Below, in pieces: positions 52,299-63,510 of a stretch of DNA of 64,000 bases. This DNA is from Diretmus argenteus (taxonomy: Eukaryota): positions 34,878,381 to 34,942,380 of the forward strand of contig CM109057.1 of the NCBI GenBank assembly GCA_048569125.1. The letters run 5' to 3'. The notes below the pieces were generated by a model. The model was given only the letters and a program-made list of their open reading frames with translations, was not told where the DNA came from and searched no databases. Position 1 is the first letter of the stretch, and every line of letters begins with the position of its first letter. Position numbers and translations under genes: made by a program.

Positions 52299-52364
52299 CT
52301 TTGACGTCTTCTCTGTGAGGTTGTCATTGCTGGCGGAGAGTTCGCCGCCTGCAGACACGTCATC
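52299..52364 (-). CDS. Modular repetitive gene: type-B exon (DDVSAGGELSASNDNLTEKTSK)
   Basis: A 66-nt exon with acceptor ctgtttcag and donor AAG|gtgaga. Confidence 0.5.
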
Positions 52365-52511
52365 CTGAAACAGGGGGTGCAGCGTGTAAACAGGTTCTCA
52401 GGTTCTGAGTCGTGTTGAGGTGTTTTCAGGTAACAACAGTTCTCTCAAACTGGATACCGGTATGTAGGTTTTTGGAAGGAAATCCTTCAAAATAAAAGAC
52501 ATCCACCTTAC

Positions 52512-52580
52512 CTGAGACTGAGACTTAGCGCCTAAGGGCTTAGGTTTCCTGAACACGCCGCTAAAGATTCCTCCTTTCTC
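52512..52580 (-). CDS. Modular repetitive gene: type-A exon (EKGGIFSGVFRKPKPLGAKSQSQ)
   Basis: A 69-nt exon with acceptor ttttcccag and donor CAG|gtaagg. Confidence 0.5.
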
Positions 52581-52629
52581 CTGGGAAAACAACACGAGCA
52601 GTTAATTATGAGATGGGTGTCATTCTACA

Positions 52630-53290
52630 AGTTAAAGGATAACTTCGGTATTTTTCAACCTGGACCCTATTTTCCCATGGCCGTGTGTATAACTGACTCG
52701 TGGGAACAAGAATTGTTGAAATTAGTCCGGTATTGACCGAGCCCGTAGCTGCTAGCAGTTAGCGCTTAGCTTAGCTAATCCGTCTGAAACGCAAGGCTTC
52801 GGGGCAAGTGAGAACCTACATGTTTGTCCTCTAAAAGCGTTTTTTGTGTGTGCCACTGACAGACTCTGATTGTTGTTCTAAGTGTCTGACAGGATCCCGA
52901 CAGAAAACGTTTTTCTTTACCTTTCGCTTGATCCGGTCTGTTGTTATTGTGTTAGCATCCACTTGGAGCACAACTAGCCACAACAACAGAGTGTCCCTAT
53001 CCAACAAAGGTGTAGCTGCAACAAGAGGTCTCACTCCTCACGAAAGAAAAATGTTTTATTTCTCTGTCAGGATCCTGTCAGACACTTAGAACAACAATTG
53101 GAGCCTGTCAGTGGCAAAAAAACACGATTTTAGAGGATGCACATTTAGGTTCGCACTTGCCCCGAAGCGTTGCTTTTCAGAAGGATTAGCTAAGCTAAGC
53201 ACTAACCGCTAGCAGCTACGGACTCGGTCAATAATGGACCAATTTCAAAAATTCTGAGTTAATGGGAATGGGAAAATAGGATCCAGGTTG
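52630..53290. mobile_element. Palindromic MITE family copy (long inverted halves)
   Basis: The left arm aaaggataacttcggtatttttcaacctggaccctattttcccatggccgtgtg… is mirrored as a reverse complement in the right arm (…ggatccaggttgaaaaatacctaagtt). Other copies or partial copies lie at 25190-25460, 33060-33560, 51790-52200 and 58000-58700. Confidence 0.55.
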
Positions 53291-53346
53291 AAAAATACCT
53301 AAGTTTTCCTTTAAGAATTCAGCTGGTTGGTTTTAACAATCCTCAC

Positions 53347-53415
53347 CTTAGTGTTGTTACTCTCGGAAAGATTGTCATTGCTGCCTGAGAGATCACCGGG
53401 TGCAGACAGGTCATC
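53347..53415 (-). CDS. Modular repetitive gene: type-B exon (DDLSAPGDLSGSNDNLSESNNTK)
   Basis: A 69-nt exon with acceptor ctcattcag and donor AAG|gtgagg. Confidence 0.5.
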
Positions 53416-53500
53416 CTGAATGAGAGGAGCACACGCAGTCGGCCAGTTGAGATCAATCATCATCTATCAATGTAGCATCAATCAACACCACAACTCTCAC

Positions 53501-53572
53501 CTGAGACGCCGTCCTAACTCCCAAGGGCTTCTGGGGCTTTTTAAACATCCCACTGAAGATTCCTCCCTTCTC
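53501..53572 (-). CDS. Modular repetitive gene: type-A exon (EKGGIFSGMFKKPQKPLGVRTASQ)
   Basis: A 72-nt exon with acceptor ttttcag and donor CAG|gtgaga. Confidence 0.5.
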
Positions 53573-53694
53573 CTGAAAAAAGCAGACAATTTAAACCACC
53601 GATGGACAAAGATGTCGCCAAAACGAGTCAACCTCAGACATGTCATGTGACTTGAACGGCTGTTAGCAGAATTGATCCGGTAGATGAGACTCAC

Positions 53695-53760
53695 CTTAGT
53701 GTTGTTGTCTGTCAGACTGTCGTTACTGCCCGAGAGCTCATTGCCCACTAACAAATTATC
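53695..53760 (-). CDS. Modular repetitive gene: type-B exon (DNLLVGNELSGSNDSLTDNNTK)
   Basis: A 66-nt exon with acceptor gtgtttcag and donor AAG|gtgagt. Confidence 0.5.
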
Positions 53761-54376
53761 CTGAAACACACACACATAGAATTCAGCCTCGCTATGAAGT
53801 CACATTCAAAGGGTTCCCACTCTTTTTGAGAAATCTTTTTCCAGGACATTTCCAGGAGTTTTTCTTGACAATCCAGGACAGCACTTTGCTCACAAACAGT
53901 CATATAATTTACCGGTAGGTCTACTGTAATATCAACACACGCTTCTTCCGCCAGAAGAAACGGAGAACGAAAATAAGTGCAAAAGTGAGCAATTTATTGC
54001 TACACACAGTGAACGTTTATAGTGAATGTGATGAGGAGGCGCCGCCATCATACATGACATCATCACGTCAGAGAACCCAGAAGTTAAATAGACCGGCGTT
54101 TGACAATCGACTTTACCGAACACTGGAGCGATTAAAATTTTCCAGGACAACATAGATTTCTTTCCAGGATATTTGGTCATTTTAGTCAATTTTCCAGGTT
54201 TTCCACGACTGGAAATTTAGTCTCTGAATTTCCAGGTTTTCCAGGAGGAGTGGGAACCCTGCATTCATCTAACACTCTCATCCAGAGCAAGCACCGATCA
54301 TAGTGAACAAAATACTCCAGAAAAAACTGCAATAACACATTTTGGAGTTTATATTATATAAAAGATGATGTTTCAC

Positions 54377-54448
54377 CTGTGAAGACCTGCGCTCGTGACC
54401 CGGTTTCGGTGCTCGTCTCAATATCCCGCTCAGCACACCTGTTTTCTC
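54377..54448 (-). CDS. Modular repetitive gene: type-A exon (EKTGVLSGILRRAPKPGHERRSSQ)
   Basis: A 72-nt exon with acceptor tattcag and donor CAG|gtgaaa. Confidence 0.45.
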
Positions 54449-54739
54449 CTGAATACAAACATGGAAAGAAAAGTTTAGTTTCAGATACTAAAGTATTGTT
54501 CAAACGATGCAGCTGTCAGACGGGCGGAGATGGAACTGAACGCTTCACACAAAGGGCAGCGCCGCAAATCTGCTGATGCCTGCAGGTCAACACGCCAAAC
54601 ACATTCTCTATCCCACACACACACAATGAGCCAGTTGTATCCAGTTACCAGGGGTGGGAATCACCTGGGACTTCACGGTACGATATTATCACCATACTTG
54701 TATCACGATATGGGGAGTTTTGCGATACATTAAGTATTG

Positions 54740-55090
54740 CGAGTCAAGGTCGTAGGTTCGATCCTTGGGGTTGCTACCGGCTTGGCTGGGCGTCCCTACA
54801 GGCGCAATTGGCCACGTTTGCGGGTGGGAAGCCGGACACGGGGATTTGTCCTGGTCGCTGCACTAGCACCTCCTACTGGTCGGTCGGGGCACCTGTCGGT
54901 GGGGGGCGGAGCTGGGGAGGATAACGTGTTCCTCCGCACGCGCTATGCCTTCCCGGTGAAACTCCTCACCGGCTGGTGTAAAAGAAGCGGCTGGCGACTT
55001 CACACGTGTCGGAGGAGGCATGTGTTTGTCTACACCCTCCCCAGGCCGACAGTGGGAGGTGGAACAGCGACCGGGACCGCTTAGGCAGTA
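54740..55090 (+). mobile_element. tRNA-related SINE-like element (5' truncated)
   Basis: It begins with a B-box-like gtaggttcgatccttgg and continues into a ~300-bp GC-rich body unlike the sequence around it. Confidence 0.35.
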
Positions 55091-55946
55091 CAGGGGGATT
55101 GGATATGTACAATTGGGAGAAAATGGGGTAAAAAAATAAATAAATGCAAGTCAATTTATTACGATATATCACAATTATTTTAAGTAAAATAAAATGTAAA
55201 ATGACAATTAAAATTGAAGTCGTACCCCTACAGGTGTCAACGTGACGCCTCGAAATAAGAAGCAAGAAGTGAATCAATTTAACTCAAACATTTTTTTTTG
55301 ATTTGATCCAGTTCTACTGAATTTCAAAATAAAATTGATTTCTAACTTCCGATCTGTCACAGTGCAGTTGTTTTAACACTCGACACCTACAGGATTTTGG
55401 CAGCAATGAACTTTTGCATCGCTCCAGCTACAAAATGAAGAAAAAATAGGTTTCATAATGTGTGTAACACAATAGATAAAGTATCGATATTGTATTGCGG
55501 AAGAAAGTATCATGTTACTATGCTGTATCGATATCCCCCCCCCCCCCCACTCCTACCAGTTACATCATATGATTTACACTGATGTTTGAAAATGGCTAAT
55601 ATTAAGGAAACACTTGTTTAACGTGCTTTTAGTGTAAAATCATTCATAATTTTCAGATAAATAAACATCTGTTTTGCTACTATCTTGGATCTGCCAATTG
55701 ATACAACACTATTACATTTTTTGATCTAAACATCAGGCGTCAGGTAGGTGATGTGTTTTATGTTTCGACCAACAACAGCAGGTCGTTTGGAATCAACAGA
55801 AGAAGATGACAAGTGACCGCCACCATGACTGAACACACAAAGAAAAGAGTAACTCAAACTCCATCAACAGGAACGAAGACGTCACAGCGCCGGACCCACC
55901 AAAGATGAGGCCAAAACTAATCAAACTCAGGCATGTCATGTGGTTG

Positions 55947-55979
<33 letters not shown>

Positions 55980-56107
55980 TTTAAAAAACTTTATTTAACC
56001 AGAGAGATCACACAACAGTTGCATAAATTAAAAGAAATCAAAATGTAAAACATGTTTTGTTGACTAAAAGGTCTGTTAACAGAGTGTACTTGGTTGATGG
56101 GACTCAC

Positions 56108-56164
56108 CTTAGTGTCTGACAGACTGTCGTTACTGTCCGAGAGCTCACTGCCCAACAAATTGTC
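56108..56164 (-). CDS. Modular repetitive gene: type-B exon (DNLLGSELSDSNDSLSDTK)
   Basis: A 57-nt exon with acceptor gtgtttcag and donor AAG|gtgagt. It is a tandem duplicate of 53695-53760. Confidence 0.5.
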
Positions 56165-56581
56165 CTGAAACACACAAAACTAGAATTCAACCTCTTTATT
56201 GTCACTATACCAGCGGTACAATGAACATATGTGTGACTCTCTCAACAAAGGACTACACAACAATCATAAATAAAAAGAAATCTAAATAATTAAATAGTTT
56301 AAAAATAGTTAAAAACACCATCAGGGCAACGTTAAAACAGCAGCAGACATTGGGATTAAAGTGTTCAGTCTAAAATGTGCATAGTTCACTTGTCTGTACA
56401 AATAATAACAAATAGCAGTCATCTCACTCTCTCGTCCAGAGCGACTTACAGTACAACAGTAGAAAAAAGTTCCATTTCTTGATCGCACAACATTATAAGT
56501 AGAGCGAGTAGAGAAAGGTCACGATCATAGCGAACAAAATACTCCAGAAAGAAGGAGTTTATATGAAAGATCCGGTTTCAC

Positions 56582-56653
56582 CTGCGAAGGCTTGCGCTCG
56601 TGACCCGGTTTAGGTGATCGTCTCAGTATCCCGCTCAGCACACCGCTTTTCTC
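56582..56653 (-). CDS. Modular repetitive gene: type-A exon (EKSGVLSGILRRSPKPGHERKPSQ)
   Basis: A 72-nt exon with acceptor tgtatccag and donor CAG|gtgaaa. It is a tandem duplicate of 54377-54448. Confidence 0.45.
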
Positions 56654-56747
56654 CTGGATACAAAAACGCGGAACGGAAAGTTTCCTTTCAGATACTAAAG
56701 GATTTCCAGTGGTTATGAAAGAACGCAGAGCAGAAAGTAAAACTCAC

Positions 56748-56822
56748 CTTAGATGATGTGCTGCTGTTGTCCGGTAAACTGTCTCTACTGCCAGACAGAT
56801 CCGTGTTGTGCAGAGCGATGGA
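56748..56822 (-). CDS. Modular repetitive gene: type-B exon (SIALHNTDLSGSRDSLPDNSSTSSK)
   Basis: A 75-nt exon with acceptor tgttcccag and donor AAG|gtgagt. Confidence 0.45.
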
Positions 56823-56879
56823 CTGGGAACATCGGAGACAATACATAACAAAACAACACATTTGTGTCTCTACACCTCT

Positions 56880-57560
56880 ACTGGTTGCATGTAGGGATGC
56901 ATGATATTGACATTTTTGGCCGATATCCAATAACCAATTATTTTCATGGTCATATCGACCGATACCGATACTGATATTGCATATTGATATCTGTCCGATA
57001 ATGATACTGCATTTTTAAGTAATTATCGTCCGATACGGATATGATGACCGGTATATTGTCCATCCCTACTATCTATCTATCTGTCTGTCTGTCTGTATCT
57101 ATCTATCTATCTATCTGGGATGCACAATACTGTAATTTTGGCCAATATCCGATAACCGATTATTTCCATGGTCATATTGACCAATACCGATACTGATATT
57201 GCATATTGATATCTTTCCAATGACGATAATGCATTTTTAAGTAATTATCGTCCGATACCGATATGATGACCAATATATCGTCCATCCCTACTATCTATCT
57301 ATCTATCTATTAGGGATGCACAATATTGTAATTTTGGCCGATATCCGATTATTTCCATGGTCATATCGACCGATATCTATACTGATACCAATATTTGATT
57401 TGATTTGAATTTATTTGACATACTCATAAGAATAAAAACATCCACCAACAAACAACAACACACTTTTCTCAGAGCATATTGATATCTGTCCGATAATGAC
57501 TATGCATTTTTAAGCAATTGTCAGCCGATACCGAGATAATGACCGATACATCGCGCCTCC
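56880..57560. repeat. ~190-230-bp macro-tandem repeat x3, with (CTAT/CTGT)n junctions
   Basis: The unit gggatgca(c/t)…attttggccgatatccgat…ttccatggtcatatcgaccgataccgatactgatattgcatattgatatc…cgataatga…gcatttttaagtaattatcgtccgataccgatatgatgaccg…ccctactatctatc recurs at 56896, 57118 and 57313. Confidence 0.8.
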
Positions 57561-57639
57561 CTAGTTGCATGTATAGGAAAAGGTAAACAATCACAACACA
57601 ACAACAAACAGGACGTATAGTCAGTTCTAGCGGACTCAC

Positions 57640-57693
57640 CTGAGCGGGCTTGGTGCTCTTCTTCAGGATCCCTTTAAACATGCCTCCTTTCTC
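57640..57693 (-). CDS. Modular repetitive gene: type-A exon (EKGGMFKGILKKSTKPAQ)
   Basis: A 54-nt exon with acceptor tgtttcag and donor CAG|gtgagt. Confidence 0.5.
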
Positions 57694-57802
57694 CTGAAAC
57701 ATCACGACGCTGGACTAAATCACTATAGCTGATTCATGAAGCTTGAATCAGAGAAACAAACCCAAACCCTGAGAAATCCCACGGCTGCTTCAGGAAACTC
57801 AC

Positions 57803-57871
57803 CTTGGTGTTGTTGTTTTCAGTCAGACTGTCGTTGCTCTTTGAAAGCTCACCGCTCACTCTCAGATTGTC
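57803..57871 (-). CDS. Modular repetitive gene: type-B exon (DNLRVSGELSKSNDSLTENNNTK)
   Basis: A 69-nt exon with acceptor tttcacag and donor AAG|gtgagt. Confidence 0.5.
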
Positions 57872-57999
57872 CTGTGAAACCAACGTCTATGTGAGTAAAA
57901 GTAGAATGAAACAGTGTAAATCTGTGGTGTCGTTCCCTGTATGTCCATTTTAGAAAATAAAGGTCACCCACATGAGCACGGCCTCTTATTTTGAAGTAT

Positions 58000-58700
58000 T
58001 ATTAAAGGATAATTCCGGTCATTTTCAAAGTGAATCTATTTCCTCATGTTCGTGTGTGTTTGTGACTGATGGGAACAAGAGTTTTTGAAATTGGTTCAGT
58101 TTTAAGGTAGCGGTTAGTAGTAGTTTGCGTCAGAGCTAATGGGTCGATGTTACGTCTATGGGGCAACAAAATCTAGTCAATGTACATCTCTAAAAGCGTT
58201 TTTTTTGCCACTCACGGGCTCCGATTGTTGTTCTAAGTGTCTCACGTCCCTACAGAGAAATAAAACGTTTTTCTTTACCTTTGGCTTGATCCGGTCTTAG
58301 CTTCTACAACGAGCCAGCGTCACGCTACAAACAGCGAACAAAGATCTAGTAGTGAGAAGACGTCTCCCTCCTGTCTCACTATTTCACAACGGGATTTCTC
58401 GAGCTCAACGAGAAATATCGTTCTGAAATTTCACGACGAGTGAGACCTCTTCTTGTTACTAGATATTTGTTGGATGTTTACAGCCTTTGAAGCTGGCTCC
58501 TTGTAGAAGCTAAGACAAAAAAAAGACCGGATCAAGCGAAAGGTAAAGAAAAACGTTTTTATTTCTCTGTAGGGATCGTGAGACACTTAGAACAACAATC
58601 GGAGCTTGTGAGTGGCAAAACAAAATGCTTTTAGAGATGTACATTGACTAGATTTTCTTGCCCTATAGACGTAACGTTGACTCACTTAACTCCGACGCAA
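58000..58700. mobile_element. Palindromic MITE family copy
   Basis: It has the same two-arm inverted structure (aaggataattccggtcattttcaaagtg… / …cactttgaaaatgaccggaattattc at 59340-59375 belongs to an adjacent partial copy). It is homologous to 52630-53290. Confidence 0.45.
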
Positions 58701-59582
58701 ACTACTAACCGCTTCCTTAAAACTGTTCCAATGTGGAGGGTAGAATTAAACAGTTAAAACTGACCATGATCTATAAGATTTTACATGATATGTGTCCTAA
58801 GTATTTTTTAAATTATTTTCTGTACGTCCGGGACTCACATAGCATGAATACAAGGGCTAGTGTAGATGATTTGAAGCTACCTAAGCTGAAGAGTAAAACG
58901 GGAAGAAGTACATTCCTCTCCAGCGGGGGGAGGAATGGAACAAAATTCCCAGAGAAATAAAATCCGCCCAGTCCTTGAATGGGGTCAAAAATCGACTAAA
59001 AAAACGGTTGGTGAATAACTTAGTTTAGAAAGAAGTCCGGACTGATGTAATGATTGTGTCTTGTATGTATTATTGTATGTTACTTGTTTGTGAGTGACTG
59101 TCCATGGGTGTCAGGCGAGAGGAGAAGCACTTTTTGTGCATGTGGCTCCTTTACTCTGCCTGCCCTACCTTGGGACCGCAATGGAAATACGTTTCAGGAC
59201 TTTCTTGCGCTATCCTGATGTATGTAAATACTGTATGCATTTGTGTATTGTATTTTATGATGTCAAATAAAATCTATCTATCTATCTATCTTCAAAAAAT
59301 TTTGTTCCCATCAGTCACAAACACACAGGAACATGAGGACATAGATTCACTTTGAAAATGACCGGAATTATTCTTTAAGGTATGTTAGGTAAGTTTGAAA
59401 ATAATGCTACCTTCAGCCCTCCCTTCAAGACCCCTCCCCCAAAATATGAACATGCACTAATATCAGGTAGGTAGACAGACAGGTAGGTAGACAGGTAGGT
59501 AGGTAGACAGACAGGTAGTCCGTCCGATCATTTCATTCGGACCGAATGAAATGATTGGACGTAGTTTTTCCGGTCCTGCGCC

Positions 59583-60390
59583 CACTAGAGCAGTGGTTCT
59601 CAACCTTTTTCATATCAAGGACCATCGTTTAGTCGTCATTAGAGCCACGGACCATTTGATGAGATTTTGCCTCTCAGACCCAAAACTTATAATATTTTGT
59701 TATTGTTGGATCAGATTTAGTCAGAATTCCAACGCTGTATTGATGTGGGAGAGAGATAACAGTCAAACTTTGATCAAAATAACAATTCTTCTACATTCTC
59801 TAATGGTGTAAACTTCTTGTAAATTAAGTAATGCAGATGTTTAATAATAATTTAATTTAACAAATGAAACCAAATGGACCCGTACGGGTCCATTTGGTTT
59901 CATTTGTACACTCTCAAGAGTTAAATTACAGACCTATAAGGGTCCATTTGGTCCCCAACTGTCTTTAGTTGGGATTCATTTGGTCCCCAACTGTCTTTAG
60001 TTGGGGTCCATTTGGTCCCCAACTGTCTTTAGTTGGGGTCCATTTGGTCCCCAACTGTCTTTAGTTGGGGTCCATTTGGTCCCCAACTGTCTTTAGTTGG
60101 GGTCCATTTGGTCCCCAACTGTCTTTAGTTGGGGTCCATTTGGTCCCCAACTGTCTTTAGTTGGGGTCCATTTGGTCCCCAACTGTCTTTAGTTGGGGTC
60201 CATTTGGTCCCCAACTGTCTTTAGTTGGGGTCCATTTGGTCCCCAACTGTCTTTAGTTGGGGTCCATTTGGTCCCCAACTGTCTTTAGTTGGGGTCAATT
60301 TGGTCCCCAACTGTCTTTAGTTGGGGACCACCTGGGACCCCCTCAAGGACCACTGGTGGTCCCCGGACCACTGGTTGAGAACCACTGCTT
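59583..60390. mobile_element. Element with the same TIR family (CAGTGGTTCTCAACC…GGTTGAGAACCACTG) carrying a 32-bp minisatellite. It is flanked by ~170-bp direct repeats at 59380-59560 and 60396-60545.
   Basis: The TIRs lie at 59587-59601 and 60361-60377. Between them is a 32-bp tandem repeat (ggtccatttggtccccaactgtctttagttgg) in ~12 copies. The flanking direct repeats are aggtatgttaggtaagtttgaaaataa…ggtaggtagacagacaggtagtccgtcc…gaatgaaatgattgga. Confidence 0.5.
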
Positions 60391-60760
60391 TAAAGGTATG
60401 TTAGGTAAGTTTGAAAATAAGCTACCTTCAGCCCTCCCCCCAAACGTGAACGTGCACTATAATTAGGTAGGTAGACAGACAGGTAGTCCGTCCAATCATT
60501 TTATTCAGTCCGAATGAAATGATTGGAAGTAGTTTGTCCGGTCGCTATCAGGATGGCCAGAACAATTCAACAAATATAACGAAAAGTGTCTCTGAACAAA
60601 ATGCCCTATCCAGCCTTAAAATGACTTACTTAGTAATCAAAGATATTCGAGTGGCAAGCACCTAAATAATATTCATTTTTAATCATGAATATTCAATAGT
60701 GAGTTTTACCTTCACGACAGAAAATATTTGATCAATCTAGGTGCTACTAAAACACATCAC

Positions 60761-60832
60761 CTGTAGTTGGAGTGAGGGCTCTGCGGATTTGGAGGATTTC
60801 TTGAACATCCCACCGAACATCGCTGCCTTACT
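60761..60832 (-). CDS. Modular repetitive gene: type-A exon (SKAAMFGGMFKKSSKSAEPSLQLQ)
   Basis: A 72-nt exon with acceptor tcgttcag and donor CAG|gtgatg. Confidence 0.45.
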
Positions 60833-61344
60833 CTGAACGAGGAGCGAACAAGACACAACTCAAAAACTTACTTCAGCCTCAAAACAATTACAGAGCACTT
60901 CAACCCCAAAAATTGCTGTTGGCCTCATAAACATACAGCAGATAAAACATTATAACAGTGGTGGAACGTTCACTGCCCTCTCCTCTAATCAGAAATTAGA
61001 GCATCGTGTGTCAATCCCTTAATCTGTCACGCTGATCAACAGCTCTCTGGAGGTTTAACTGGAAAATATGAGCTTATATATGAGGATATATTTTCATGTA
61101 TGTTCTCTAGTCCACAAAGTCAGATTACCATGCTGATTGAGTCCGATTTAAAAGCAACCTTAACCTTAACCTTTAACACAACCATATCAGTATCAGCTTT
61201 CTAAAACCAATATCGGTCGAACCCCTGGTGAATAATGTTCATTTAGACAGATTTAGGTCAGGTGGGTTAACTGAGTTACACCCCTGGAGAGAAAGAGAAG
61301 GGGGGAAACACCAAAACAAATAAAAAACATCCTCCTCTACTCAC

Positions 61345-61410
61345 AGCGACTCCTCCACCTCCTCCTCCTCCATCACAGTCCAGGTCCACATCCAGGTTCT
61401 CGTACCGGTC
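61345..61410 (-). CDS. Modular repetitive gene: exon 2 (DRYENLDVDLDCDGGGGGGGVA)
   Basis: A 66-nt exon with acceptor ccacctcag and donor GCT|gtgagt. The frame is open. Confidence 0.4.
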
Positions 61411-61510
61411 CTGAGGTGGTTTGGTCGTAACAGACATTTAAACAGATGATCAAACGAGTTTATTATCCACAGATCCAACTTTCCAAACAAGAAGTTCAGC
61501 GTCGACTCAC

Positions 61511-61560
61511 CATGATGACGTCACTCTGTTGTTTACGTCTGTTGTGGTGACCTCGCGCTG
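61511..61560 (-). CDS. Modular repetitive gene: first exon (5' UTR ending in the start codon ATG at 61511-61513)
   Basis: On the minus strand the sequence reads ...GACGTCATCATG|gtgagtcgac, so the ATG sits immediately before a consensus donor. A (CTT)n-rich putative promoter lies at 61.6-61.8 kb. Phase 0 continues into 61345-61410. Confidence 0.35.
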
Positions 61561-62099
61561 CTTCTAGATGAAAACAGATTTAATGTTCGATATCAGCCCG
61601 ATGATGTTGACAGTTTCGGCTCTATATTCCCTCTGAACTCTCTCCGGTGTGAAGTTGTGAGATCCCGCTTGTTAAAGGACTCGGTCGGACACTTCACTTC
61701 CCCCCGGATCACATGAAGAACCTGAAACCGGCGGAACGAGTTCTTCTTCTTCTCCTTCTTCTTCTTCTTCTCTTCACCTATAGATGTTGCTGCCAGAAAG
61801 GGGCGTGGCCTCTGCGTTTACCTGGGAGCTCATGTTACTGCTGACTTCAGCCTGATGCTGCCTTCAAGTGCTCCTCGTAAACTCCCAACATGATTCAGGG
61901 TTTACTGTAGTGTTGGGCGATCCATGAACGAGTCGTTCTTTTTGAACGAATCTTTTGGGCGATCCGGTTCATACGATTCATAACTGCGAGTGGATCCACA
62001 TTGATTTGCACATGCGCAAATGAACATTATCCGTGATCCGTGTGACTCGAAAAGATTAGTGGATTTATTTGCCCAATGCGCAACACTTCCGTGATCCTA

Positions 62100-63510
62100 C
62101 AGGTGTAGCGGCCCAAAATATACCCCCCTAGTCCAGATTATACCCCCCTAGTCCAGACTATACCCTCCCCTAGTCCAGACTATACCCCCCTAGTCCAGAT
62201 TATACCCCCCTAGTCCAGATCATACCCCCCTAGTCCAGACTATACCCCCCCTAGTCCAGATCATACCCCCTAGTCCAGACTATACCCCCCTAGTCCATCT
62301 TATACCCCCCTAGTCCAGATTATACCCCCCTAGTCCAGACTATACCCTCCCCTAGTCCAGATTATACCCCCCTAGTCCAGATCATACCCCCCTAGTCCAG
62401 ACTATACCCCCCCTAGTCCAGATCATACCCCCTAGTCCAGACTATACCCCCCTAGTCCAGATTATACCCCCCTAGTCCAGACTATACCCCCTAGTCCAGA
62501 TAATACCCCCCTAGTCCAGACTATACCCTCCCCTAGTCCAGACTATATCCCCCTAGTCCAGATTATACCCCCCTAGTCCAGATCATACCCCCCTAGTCCA
62601 GACTATACCCCCCTAGTCCAGATCATACCCCCTAGTCCAGACTATACCCCCCTAGTCCATCTTATACCCCCCTAGTCCAGATCATACCCCCTAGTCCAGA
62701 CTATACCCCCCTAGTCCAGACTATACCCCCCTAGTCCAGACTATACCCCCCTAGTCCAGATTATACCCCCCTAGTCCAGACTATACCCCCCCCTAGTCCA
62801 GATCATACCCCCTAGTCCAGACTATACCCCCCTAGTCCATCTTATACCCCCCTAGTCCAGATCATACCCCCTAGTCCAGACTATACCCCCCTAGTCCATC
62901 TTATACCCTCCTAGTCCAGAATATACCACCCCTAGTCCAGAATATACCCCCGTAGTCCAGAATATACCACCCCTAGTCCAGAATATACCCCCCTAGTCCA
63001 TCTTATACCCTCCTAGTCCAGAATATACCACCCCTAGTCCAGAATATACCCCCGTAGTCCAGAATATACCACCCCTAGTCCAGAATATACCCCCCTAGTC
63101 CAGATTATACCCCCTAGTCCAGAATATACCCCCGTAGTCCAGAATATACCACCCCTAGTCCAGAATATACCCCCCTAGTCCAGAATATACCCCCCTAGTC
63201 CAGATTATACCCCCTAGTCCAGAATATACCCCCTAGTCCGGAATATACCCCCCTAGTCCAGATTATACCCCCCTAGTCCAGAATATACCCCCTAGTCCAG
63301 ATTATAACCCCTCTAGTCCAGATTATACCCCCCTAGTCCAGAATATACCCCCCTAGTCCAGATCATACCCCCTAGTCCAGAATATACCCCCCTAGTCCAG
63401 ATCATACCCCCCTAGTCCAGATTATACCCCCCTAGTCCAGAATATACCCCCCTAGTCCAGATCATACCCCCTAGTCCAGAATATACCCCCCTAGTCCAGA
63501 TCATACCCCC
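62100..63510. repeat. 20-bp satellite (ccctagtccagattataccc, variants gac/gat/gaa/atc) in ~70 tandem copies, 1.4 kb
   Basis: Direct read. The array ends in a poly-C run at ~63498-63512. Confidence 0.95.
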
